32,666 nucleotides of DNA from an uncultured Candidatus Saccharibacteria bacterium. GTDB taxonomy: Bacteria > Patescibacteriota > Dojkabacteria > SC72. Position numbers and translations under genes: made by a program. A model generated the notes under the pieces. It was given only the letters and a program-made list of their open reading frames with translations. It was not told the DNA's origin and ran no database searches. Position 1 is the first letter of the stretch, and each line of letters starts with the position of its first letter. The DNA is taken from assembly GCA_964621195.1 (NCBI GenBank), contig CAZULJ010000005.1, forward strand, positions 11,168 through 43,833, written 5' to 3'. This document shows, in pieces, positions 16,211-24,064 of this stretch.

Positions 16211-19200
16211 ATGAAAATTGGAAAATTAAAAACAATTATACTTTCAATATTTTTTCTGACAACATTGTTTGTTGTGTTAGAAATATCTAAAGGAGATGTT
16301 TCTGCAATGATCTGTGGAACTAACTACTATTGTACAACATCAAATCAATGGGTTAATTCTTATGTTCGTATCGGTGGTGGCTCATGCCATTACATTACTT
16401 ATTACTCGTGCAATGGAAATGATACAAACTGTCAGGAAGACTATGTTGATATATATTCTGATGCAGAATGTGCAGTAAAAACTCACGATGACTATGGTTG
16501 TTGTATATATGATTCACCTCCTGCTTGTAACAATTGTACACCATCGTCTCCACCTGCTTGTCCAGCGGGTACAACAGAGACAAATACGGGAGACTTCCAT
16601 TCCTCGACAACTTCAAGTTGTGATAGAGGCTCTGGTTGTGATCCAAGATATAATACTAGTACGAGAAACTGCTACTGTTCACTTTGTACGCCACCATCAT
16701 GTACCCCAACCTACTCTACAACCAATCTAGGTTTTGGTTCAATATCTCTTTCTTGTCAAAACTCTCCCACTGGAGACTCTCGTTGTGATTACAGATCAAA
16801 TACTTGCTACTGTTACCAATGTACTCCTGCAAACTGTCCTGCTGATTTGAGCAATACGGATCTCGGTGTTGGAGTTAGTACTCATACGGTATCTTGTACC
16901 AATGCATGTAGCTCAAGTAACAGTCGGGCCTGTTATTGTAGAGATTGTACATTACCAGTTCCTTCTGGAACAACATTAACAAATACTGGCCGACAATCTA
17001 CTGATCCTACCTATCAAAGCACAAGCTGTAGTAAGGGTACCGGATGTACTCCAAAAAGTGCACCATTGTACTGTACAAGATGTACTCCTACAGCATGTGG
17101 CCCCACCTACGCTACTTCAAACCAGGGATATGGCACCTTGAACTTTACTTGTAATAATACTTTGGCTTCCTGTGGTACTGAGACCAGAGCTTGTTACTGC
17201 TATAGCTGTACACCACCGGCCTGTGCACCAACCTACAGTACTACAAATTATGGATATGGCTCAGTTACATTAAGCTGTACGAATGCATGTAGTACAACTA
17301 GTAACAGAACCTGTTATATTGATAGATGTAGTAACTGTACACTACCAAACTGCCCATCTCCACTCACAAATACCCCTACCACAGCAGATCCAAATATGGA
17401 ACTTACAAACTTCAGATCATGTACACGTAGTGCACCTTGCGGTGGTCCAGCAAACTATGGAGCATGTTATGAGGTTGTAAGCCCACAACCAACAACAAGT
17501 TTACAAATATATCCTGATGCTGCAAATGTTTATAACTTCTCGAGTAGTACACATACGGGAACTAGAACACCGCTTTACAACCTTAATGACCCAATACCTA
17601 TGACTGCTACATATACAGATGTCAATGGAGCCACTGATATTGAGGCTGTATCTGTTTGGTTTAGAGATGAAAGTCTTTCTGGGGAGATAAATACTCCGTT
17701 AGTTTTTATGGAGACGGGTGGACCTTCGGTACCTGCACCACAAACGGAAACAAATAATAGCTGGGGCTTTATGATGAGATGGAATGGCTCGACATGGCTT
17801 CCATATGTACCTTCTTACCCTTCAGCGCCTAGTACTCCAGCTTGGGTCCCTGCCTTGTATGCTAGCAATTCTTTTGTAATTTCAGGTCCTAATGGACTAC
17901 AAATGGTGAGAGTTACAATAGGTCATTCTCTTCAGAGTAATATCACTAGGTCTGGAAATAACGTAGTATTACCATTCCAACTTAGTTTTAACTTCTCCTC
18001 AGGATATGATAGCGTAGCTCAGGTTGATTACCAGACTTACCTAATGGGTAACGATGTCTTCAGTTTTACACCAAGTGATAACTATGCCTTCTCGGTTGAG
18101 GGTTACTGGCAGGGTGGTCAATTACGATACCGAACGAGCCAATTACCTGCACAGCTTTATGCAAGGCAGTGGGCATTAACAGGGTATACATGGAGTGTAG
18201 ATAAGGATGTTCCAGAAGTAGAAGACCTTACTATGACAGTAATTGGTGATACAACTTTAAGATTAAGTTGGAATGTAACTGATTCTAGAGAAATATATGC
18301 TGTTGTGGGAAATATCTATGCATCAATTAGTATGCCTCCAAACCCTGATGATCTAGTAATTACTGGCACAGGTTTGGATGTGAACTCCCCTCATCAACTT
18401 ATTACAGATACTACAGATCTTGCAAAATTGAATACAGGTTATGCTTTCAGAGGTTTAAATATTGGCGGTACAACATATACAAACAATGTAACAATCGATA
18501 TCGGTTCAAATATTGAGGGAAGTCTTGTAGTATACCTCACGGCTTTTGATATGGCCGGTAATATGAGTACAAGAAGTTTAACCTACTCTCTTGGCGATTG
18601 GATAGCTACGTATGGTGGATTTGTATACTCTTCTGAGGGTAGAGACTATGAAATGAAGACAATAGAAAGTGATACCGCTTGGGATTCAGTACCTGTTCTA
18701 GCTGGGCTGGATCCAACCCTTGCGGATGTCTCTACAGAGCTTTTCGCAGATAATCAAAGTAGTGGTACATTGCCATCAGCTCTTGATAGAAGTACCGAGT
18801 TACGTTCTTACCACATGAGACCATTTAGTGTGAATGTAGAAATGGATAGTCTGTATCAGGAATTAAAACAGGCTTACAATGATAGGGAAATTGAAGGAAA
18901 GGTGGATCTAACCTTGGACTTACCTATGATTACAAGTCTAAATGGTAATCTAAGTGATATTGGGAGCTGTACTGACTCTTCAAGGGTATGTATTTTAAAA
19001 AGACAAGGAGATTTGGATGTCGGGAATGTATCAACGTTTAATTGTGATCAATGGGGAGTATTCTTTGTAGAAGGAAATCTAACTATTTCAAGAAACATTG
19101 TTAATGCAAATCCTTCCTATGACGCATGTATCTTTGTAGTTGGAGGTGAAGTTTTAATTGAAGATGGACAGGCACATTCTAACGCTTTACTGATAGGGTA

Positions 19201-19471
19201 TGATCAGATCAATGCATATATAATGGCGGATGGAGCAGTAAATATCCAAGCTGAGCTTGGTGCAGCTGCAAAGTATGATGGTGTATTTGTAGGCGGTGGT
19301 TTACATAGTTTAACAGGCATTAATATGGATAGAAGTCTTAAGTTGGCAGACAGAAATATATACCCTGCTCTACTTGTTAAATATCATCCTAAATACTCGG
19401 TATTGAGTAATCTTGTATTTGGTAGTCAGATTGATATACTAAAAACAGAATTAGGTTTTAAACCATACTAG
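16211..19471 (+). CDS. Large secreted Cys-rich repeat protein, putative adhesin (cassette 3, 1086 aa)
   Basis: Signal ..GDVSA|M, tip alignable to that of cassette 1, seven Cys repeats, diverged core (TYTDVNGATDIEAVSVWF vs TYTDADGGTDIEAIYVWF). Ends IDILKTELGFKPY. Confidence 0.75.
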   Translation: MKIGKLKTIILSIFFLTTLFVVLEISKGDVSAMICGTNYYCTTSNQWVNSYVRIGGGSCHYITYYSCNGNDTNCQEDYVDIYSDAECAVKTHDDYGCCIYDSPPACNNCTPSSPPACPAGTTETNTGDFHSSTTSSCDRGSGCDPRYNTSTRNCYCSLCTPPSCTPTYSTTNLGFGSISLSCQNSPTGDSRCDYRSNTCYCYQCTPANCPADLSNTDLGVGVSTHTVSCTNACSSSNSRACYCRDCTLPVPSGTTLTNTGRQSTDPTYQSTSCSKGTGCTPKSAPLYCTRCTPTACGPTYATSNQGYGTLNFTCNNTLASCGTETRACYCYSCTPPACAPTYSTTNYGYGSVTLSCTNACSTTSNRTCYIDRCSNCTLPNCPSPLTNTPTTADPNMELTNFRSCTRSAPCGGPANYGACYEVVSPQPTTSLQIYPDAANVYNFSSSTHTGTRTPLYNLNDPIPMTATYTDVNGATDIEAVSVWFRDESLSGEINTPLVFMETGGPSVPAPQTETNNSWGFMMRWNGSTWLPYVPSYPSAPSTPAWVPALYASNSFVISGPNGLQMVRVTIGHSLQSNITRSGNNVVLPFQLSFNFSSGYDSVAQVDYQTYLMGNDVFSFTPSDNYAFSVEGYWQGGQLRYRTSQLPAQLYARQWALTGYTWSVDKDVPEVEDLTMTVIGDTTLRLSWNVTDSREIYAVVGNIYASISMPPNPDDLVITGTGLDVNSPHQLITDTTDLAKLNTGYAFRGLNIGGTTYTNNVTIDIGSNIEGSLVVYLTAFDMAGNMSTRSLTYSLGDWIATYGGFVYSSEGRDYEMKTIESDTAWDSVPVLAGLDPTLADVSTELFADNQSSGTLPSALDRSTELRSYHMRPFSVNVEMDSLYQELKQAYNDREIEGKVDLTLDLPMITSLNGNLSDIGSCTDSSRVCILKRQGDLDVGNVSTFNCDQWGVFFVEGNLTISRNIVNANPSYDACIFVVGGEVLIEDGQAHSNALLIGYDQINAYIMADGAVNIQAELGAAAKYDGVFVGGGLHSLTGINMDRSLKLADRNIYPALLVKYHPKYSVLSNLVFGSQIDILKTELGFKPY
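16526..17473 (+). repeat. Seven degenerate ~40-51-aa Cys/Thr-rich protein repeats (C-T-P/L-x2-C-P...TN.G...C...C...CY-C/E)
   Basis: Units end in RNCYC, NTCYC, RACYC, PLYC, RACYC, RTCYI and GACYE. Diverged at DNA level. Confidence 0.85.
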
Positions 19472-19518
19472 TTTTCTGATATTATTAATGTAGTCATAAT
19501 TTAACTGTCCAAAATAAT

Positions 19519-20547
19519 ATGGCTAAACTGCCTGACCATGTAGGAATAGACTTTGGAACACACTCCGTAAAGGCTGTTGAGCTTAAAAACTCTGGAACCT
19601 CTCCTGAGTTGATTAATCTTGGTAGTCAGATAACTCCAAAGGGAGTTATAAATAGTGAAGACAAACAAGATCAAAAGAAGTTAGCAGATGTTCTTAAGAA
19701 GCTTTACGATGATTCGAAGATAAAGAACACAAATGTTGTAATGGCATTGCCAGAGTTTTCTGTTTTTACAAGATTCTTAGAATTTCCTGGTGTTAAGAAA
19801 GAAGAGCTAAGAGATGCGGTTTTCTTTGAAGCAAAGCAGTATATCCCTATGTCTATAAACGATGTACATATGAGTTTTGTAACCATTGGTTTCAATGAAG
19901 AAAAAAATGCTCCAAGAGTTCTTTTGGTTGCAGCACCTAAAAAGGTTGTAAATATATACATGGATATTGCTAAAATGGCTGACTTAGATCTTGTAGCTAT
20001 AGAAACAGAATCTGTTGCTATGGGTAGAGCAATGTACAAGTCTACTAATATAAAAAATCTTGTAATGTTAGATTTTGGAGCAAATAGCACAGACATGAGC
20101 ATTATGAGTGACGGATACCTTGTATTTTCTCAAAGTATCGCTATTGGGTCAGACTCTTTAACACAGGCTATTGTTAATAAATTCAACTTTGAATACAGTA
20201 GAGCTGAAGAATTTAAGAGAAACTATGGATTAGTACCTACAGTATTGGAAGGTAAAATCTATGGAGCACTTTCTCCAATTGTTGAATCTATACTCCTAGA
20301 GGTACAAAGAGGTGTTGAATTCTATAAAAACAAAACCTCAAGCTCCTCTCCAAGCGATTATCAATTGAATGGTGATGGTGCCCTACTCCCTGGTTTGTCT
20401 GAATTTGTTTCAAAATCTTTGGGTGTTAATGCAAAGGTTTCAAATCCATGGAATGGTATTAATGTTGATAGTAAATTTAAAGATATTGTTGCAAAGGGTG
20501 GACCATCATACTCTGTTGCAATAGGTTTAGCATTAAAAGATGAATAA
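19519..20547 (+). CDS. pilM: Type IV pilus assembly protein PilM
   Basis: Actin-like motifs VGIDFGTHSVKAVEL and LDFGANSTDMSI, EAKQYIP, VLLVAAP, ending SVAIGLALK. Confidence 0.92.
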   Translation: MAKLPDHVGIDFGTHSVKAVELKNSGTSPELINLGSQITPKGVINSEDKQDQKKLADVLKKLYDDSKIKNTNVVMALPEFSVFTRFLEFPGVKKEELRDAVFFEAKQYIPMSINDVHMSFVTIGFNEEKNAPRVLLVAAPKKVVNIYMDIAKMADLDLVAIETESVAMGRAMYKSTNIKNLVMLDFGANSTDMSIMSDGYLVFSQSIAIGSDSLTQAIVNKFNFEYSRAEEFKRNYGLVPTVLEGKIYGALSPIVESILLEVQRGVEFYKNKTSSSSPSDYQLNGDGALLPGLSEFVSKSLGVNAKVSNPWNGINVDSKFKDIVAKGGPSYSVAIGLALKDE

Positions 20548-21211
20548 GGAGCCGAATCAGACACAAACCGTGCAGAGTCCTAAAGTAGCACCTGTTACTA
20601 CTCCGGTTAGTGCACCTAAAACAATGGTTGAACAACTTTCTAGCGAATCACAAGGCCTCACAGAGGGCTTTAACTTAATGCCTTCTATGACAAAGGAAGA
20701 GATAGTTGTAGAGAAAACAAAAACCACTGTAAATTTGGGATCTGTTGTAAGTCTAATTGTTCTTGTTTTGATAATTCTTGGTGTAGTTGGTTTTAATATT
20801 GTTTCAAAGCAGATGCTCAATAGTAAGAAAGAGGAGCTTTTTGCTTTAGAAAATATTGTAAATCAACAATCAGATAAAATTATTGCAAATGATGAAATTG
20901 TTGATAGAGCAATTCTTTACAATACTGTTAAAACTGGAGCATTCTCTCATAAGGCAATCATAGAATTTATATCAGCAATAAGCCAAAAGGTTGGAAATAT
21001 TGAAATCAGGAGCGTAATGATATCTGAGAACCTTGAATTCACATATGTTGGATATACGGCCAGTTTAGAGAATGTATCTAAACTCTGGTATATGTTGGGT
21101 ATTGATGAAAATATTGAAAATATTAATCTAAAGTCAGTTGGGAAATCTAATGGATCTGTATCTTTTACTTTTGAGGGTCTTTTAAATATTAAAAATTTTT
21201 CAAATAAATAG
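20540..21211 (+). CDS. pilN: PilN-like alignment-complex protein
   Basis: FNLMP (INLLP-like PilM-binding motif) before a single TM, then a coiled coil and a small beta/alpha domain. Overlaps pilM. Carries a Q/P/T-rich N-terminal extension. Confidence 0.7.
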   Translation: MNKEPNQTQTVQSPKVAPVTTPVSAPKTMVEQLSSESQGLTEGFNLMPSMTKEEIVVEKTKTTVNLGSVVSLIVLVLIILGVVGFNIVSKQMLNSKKEELFALENIVNQQSDKIIANDEIVDRAILYNTVKTGAFSHKAIIEFISAISQKVGNIEIRSVMISENLEFTYVGYTASLENVSKLWYMLGIDENIENINLKSVGKSNGSVSFTFEGLLNIKNFSNK

Positions 21212-21213
21212 AC

Positions 21214-21912
21214 ATGGGATTAGCTAAGGGATCTAATACAAAAACAAGTAAAGAAATTGCAGTAATTAGCGAGAAGATAAGGCAGTCGAGATTAAGCTTT
21301 TCTGATCTGGTTGTTCCAATAATAGTTTTGATTGTATTACTTCTTCTTTCTGTATTTGTTTTTGTACCAATGATCAATGCTGCATTAGAGTATCGGGCAG
21401 AGTTAAAAGATACAGAGCAAAAGATTGAAACTTTGGAAGAGCTTTCTAAGAAGTTGGATAATATAGATGAGAATCAATTAAGCGATGATATTATCCTTGC
21501 AAAAAGTGTAATACCAAAAGTATTAAAAGTCTCAGATTTTATATATTATGTAGATAATCTTGCAAAGGAGAAAGGTCTTTTGATTAGAGAGCTTTCCGCA
21601 GGCGATATGGGTGGTGCAGTTTCTCAGGCAGAAAGCGGAGCTGGGGTATCTGGGCCAGTATCATATGTTGGTGATTACCAAAGTGTTGTAGGATTCCTTG
21701 AACAGGTACAAGTTGTATCTCCATATATAATACGTTTACAAAATGTAGAGGTAGCAGCTCTAACCACGGGTCAATGGAGTATCTCTCTTAATTTGAGTGG
21801 ATATTATATGGCAGATCGAAATGCTGTCGTAGACTTATACAAGCCATTTAGGCCATACACCGATTACCAAGATACAATTGATATCTTTAAAGCAAAAGCA
21901 GAAAGCCTTTAA
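21214..21912 (+). CDS. pilO: PilO-like alignment-complex protein
   Basis: Single TM, coiled coil, G.YQSVVGFLEQV..VSPYIIRL.NVEV ferredoxin-like pattern. Follows pilM-pilN. Confidence 0.7.
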   Translation: MGLAKGSNTKTSKEIAVISEKIRQSRLSFSDLVVPIIVLIVLLLLSVFVFVPMINAALEYRAELKDTEQKIETLEELSKKLDNIDENQLSDDIILAKSVIPKVLKVSDFIYYVDNLAKEKGLLIRELSAGDMGGAVSQAESGAGVSGPVSYVGDYQSVVGFLEQVQVVSPYIIRLQNVEVAALTTGQWSISLNLSGYYMADRNAVVDLYKPFRPYTDYQDTIDIFKAKAESL

Positions 21913-21918
21913 TATATA

Positions 21919-22209
21919 CTAGATTTCATCCCTGAGCATATCATCATCCTCAATATGAGGCTCTGCTCGATCATCTTTTAACAGTACTCTTACTCTTTTG
22001 TTATTTCTTATCGCACTTATGGTAATAATATCTCTTATTGAGTTAATAGTTCTTCCTTTTCTTCCAATTATTACACCTTTATCTGATTCGTTTACATCAA
22101 TTGTTAGTATGGTTAATCCTGGAAAATCTACACTATCTCTCTCCTCTACTGATACATCGTCTGGGTAGTTTACTATTGCTTTGATGATGTGTACTAGTAA
22201 TTCTTTCAT
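21919..22209 (-). CDS. khpA: KH-domain RNA-binding protein KhpA (YlqC family)
   Basis: IIKAIVNYPDDVSV, DKGVIIGRKGRTINSIR (GxxG loop). Downstream of rpsP. Short acidic C-terminal tail. Confidence 0.9.
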   Translation of the reverse strand: MKELLVHIIKAIVNYPDDVSVEERDSVDFPGLTILTIDVNESDKGVIIGRKGRTINSIRDIITISAIRNNKRVRVLLKDDRAEPHIEDDDMLRDEI

Positions 22210-22235
22210 TGTTTGCGATATTGAATTTAAAATAT

Positions 22236-22252
22236 ATTATATGCAAATTATA
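22236..22252 (-). promoter_or_regulatory. Two tandem TATAAT boxes upstream of khpA
   Basis: ATTATA on the + strand at 22236-22241 and 22247-22252, lying between the rpsP terminator and the khpA start. Confidence 0.45.
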
Positions 22253-22286
22253 CTCTTATGAAATAAATTTTACCAGAAGTAAATAG

Positions 22287-22315
22287 AAAACAAAACAGAC
22301 CTACATAGTAGGCCT
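22287..22315 (-). terminator. Intrinsic terminator after rpsP
   Basis: Minus strand AGGCCTAC-tat-GTAGGTCT (8-bp stem, one G-U) followed by GTTTTGTTTT. Confidence 0.65.
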
Positions 22316-22334
22316 ATCTTCGGAGGATTATGAA

Positions 22335-22634
22335 TTACTTTGATTCTTCTGTTTTCTTTTTGTTACGAGGTTTTACTGAACCTCTTTTAAGAGCTTTCAT
22401 CAAACCCTCTTTAACAAAATATTGGGCAACAGTAGCTGTTGGTTGTGCACCCTTCTCTAGCCAACTCTTTGCAACTTCTTTGTCAACCTGGAATGTTGTA
22501 GGATTTGTAGTTGGGTTGTATACACCTATTTCCTGTACAGTTCTACCACTTCTAGGACTGCTAGATTCCATCACTACGATTCTGTATGATGGCTGTCCCT
22601 TTTTACCTATTCTTTTTAGTCTTATTTTTAACAT
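22335..22634 (-). CDS. rpsP: 30S ribosomal protein S16
   Basis: MLKIRLKRIGKKGQPSYRIVV...SPRSGR...GVYNP...WLEKGAQPT. Confidence 0.97.
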   Translation of the reverse strand: MLKIRLKRIGKKGQPSYRIVVMESSSPRSGRTVQEIGVYNPTTNPTTFQVDKEVAKSWLEKGAQPTATVAQYFVKEGLMKALKRGSVKPRNKKKTEESK

Positions 22635-22643
22635 AGCGCTGTT

Positions 22644-22672
22644 ATTTTAACAGATGAGATATTAATATTCAA
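22644..22672 (-). promoter_or_regulatory. Candidate internal promoter for rpsP
   Basis: Minus strand TTGAAT, 17 nt, TGn-TAAAAT. The -10 ends 9 nt before the ATG, implying a very short leader. Confidence 0.6.
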
Positions 22673-22673
22673 G

Positions 22674-23369
22674 CTATTTATTACTACTTTCAATATTTTC
22701 TATACCTACCTTTGCTGCTTGCTCTTCTGCTTTCTGCTTACTACTGCCCTTACCCTCTCCGTAAATCTTGTTATCAATCTTAATAACTACAGTAAAAGTC
22801 TTATCATGATCGGGTCCCTCTTCGTTTATTACTTCGTATACAGGTGTCGATTTGTATAGCGATTGGGCTAATTCCTGAATCTTTGTTTTGTTATCAATGT
22901 CTAATCTATGTTTAACTATTTCTTCAATCTTAGGTAGGAGACTTCTCTCTACGAATGATTTACACTCCTCGTACCCCTTATCTATATATATAGCGCCAAG
23001 TATTGCTTCAAAAGTATTTGCTAAAAGATAATCTTTATCTCTACCACCACTATCTTCTTCCCCTCTTGAAAGCCTGAGATGGTCACCAAGACTTAAAGCT
23101 TTTGCTGTTTGAGCTAAACTATCTGTTCTAACTAATGCTGAGCGAAAACTTGTTAACTCTCCCTCTGCTCTTTCAGGATATTTAGTATAGAGGAAGTTTG
23201 ATACTATCAGTTCTAATACGGCATCACCAAGGAATTCTAATCTCTCATTATGTTCTGGAACATTCCTATTCTCATTAAGATATGACCTATGTGTTACTGC
23301 AACCTCAAGTAGTCCCTTATTTGAGAATTCTACACCAATACTTTTTTCTAAATCCTTAATATTACTCAT
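22674..23369 (-). CDS. rnc: Ribonuclease III
   Basis: HRSY..E, NERLEFLGDAVL signature and a C-terminal dsRBD (GPDHDKTF, GKGSSKQKAEEQAA). Start reassigned from 23414 to ATG 23369 (MSNIKDLEK), overlapping the nusB stop by 8 nt. Confidence 0.95.
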   Translation of the reverse strand: MSNIKDLEKSIGVEFSNKGLLEVAVTHRSYLNENRNVPEHNERLEFLGDAVLELIVSNFLYTKYPERAEGELTSFRSALVRTDSLAQTAKALSLGDHLRLSRGEEDSGGRDKDYLLANTFEAILGAIYIDKGYEECKSFVERSLLPKIEEIVKHRLDIDNKTKIQELAQSLYKSTPVYEVINEEGPDHDKTFTVVIKIDNKIYGEGKGSSKQKAEEQAAKVGIENIESSNK

Positions 23370-23802
23370 TCTCTTCTTTTTTGTTAATCTCATATATTGC
23401 ACCCAATACACCATTTACAAATTTACTACTAGTTTCTCCACCAAATTCCTTTGCTATTTCTATTGCCTCATCAATTGATACTTTAGGAGGTGTTATCTTT
23501 CCAACAAACCCTTCAAATATTGCAATTCTTAGAATCTGAAGATCAACTAATTTCATTTGTGAAATTGGCCATTGTGGTGCGAACTTGATGATAAATTGAT
23601 CTATAGCATCAATATTCTCTTGAACTCCAGATACTAAAGATTGATAGAGCTCTTCGTTGTAGCTATCTATTTCATCTAAGGCTGAAAGATCTGTAACATT
23701 AAACTCTACTACACCTTCCGGTGAATGATTGAAGTCCTTAGAGAAAAGGGTTTGAAGTGCTAATTCTCTGGATAAATGCCTAGGGTCAGTTGCTCTCTTC
23801 AT
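23362..23802 (-). CDS. nusB: Transcription antitermination factor NusB
   Basis: RHLSRELALQTLF, DLQILRIAIFE, IDEAIEIAKEFG, SKFVNGVLG. Confidence 0.95.
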   Translation of the reverse strand: MKRATDPRHLSRELALQTLFSKDFNHSPEGVVEFNVTDLSALDEIDSYNEELYQSLVSGVQENIDAIDQFIIKFAPQWPISQMKLVDLQILRIAIFEGFVGKITPPKVSIDEAIEIAKEFGGETSSKFVNGVLGAIYEINKKEENE

Positions 23803-23816
23803 TGTTTAAAGATTGA

Positions 23817-23999
23817 TTATTTAGTTTTCTTCAAATCTTTACCATCTCCATAGTAGCCACAGAACTCGCATACAAAGTGAGGTCTTTTTGTCTTTCCACA
23901 CTTTGGACACTTTGACATTTTTGGAGTCTTTAGAGCATCATTTGCTCTTCTTCTATTCTTTCTTCCTTTAGAAATTTTTCTTTTTGGTAATGCTCCCAT
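23817..23999 (-). CDS. rpmF: 50S ribosomal protein L32 (Zn-ribbon form)
   Basis: ALPKRKISKGRKNRRRA, CPKCG..KRPHFVCEFCGYY. Confidence 0.96.
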   Translation of the reverse strand: MGALPKRKISKGRKNRRRANDALKTPKMSKCPKCGKTKRPHFVCEFCGYYGDGKDLKKTK

Positions 24000-24027
24000 A
24001 TCTTTTTAAACTATTTTATGACCTTGT

Positions 24028-24056
24028 ATTATATTTTAATATTACTATTCTTGCAA
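24028..24056 (-). promoter_or_regulatory. Near-consensus sigma70 promoter for rpmF-nusB-rnc
   Basis: Minus strand TTGCAA (24056-24051), 17 nt, TATAAT (24033-24028). Confidence 0.8.
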
Positions 24057-24064
24057 CAAAAATA

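Noticed and set aside
6448-17480. Same-strand alternative-frame ORFs (6448, 8894, 12956, 16488, 17283)
   Set aside because: They are nested out of frame in long genes and are expected by chance in Cys/Thr-rich sequence. No frameshift signal was seen.
22330-22650. + strand 106-aa ORF
   Set aside because: Antisense to rpsP.
23370-23414. Extended rnc N-terminus (MVYWVQYMRLTKKKR) from the ORF track
   Set aside because: It overlaps nusB by 53 nt. ATG 23369 gives a typical RNase III start and an 8-nt coupled overlap.
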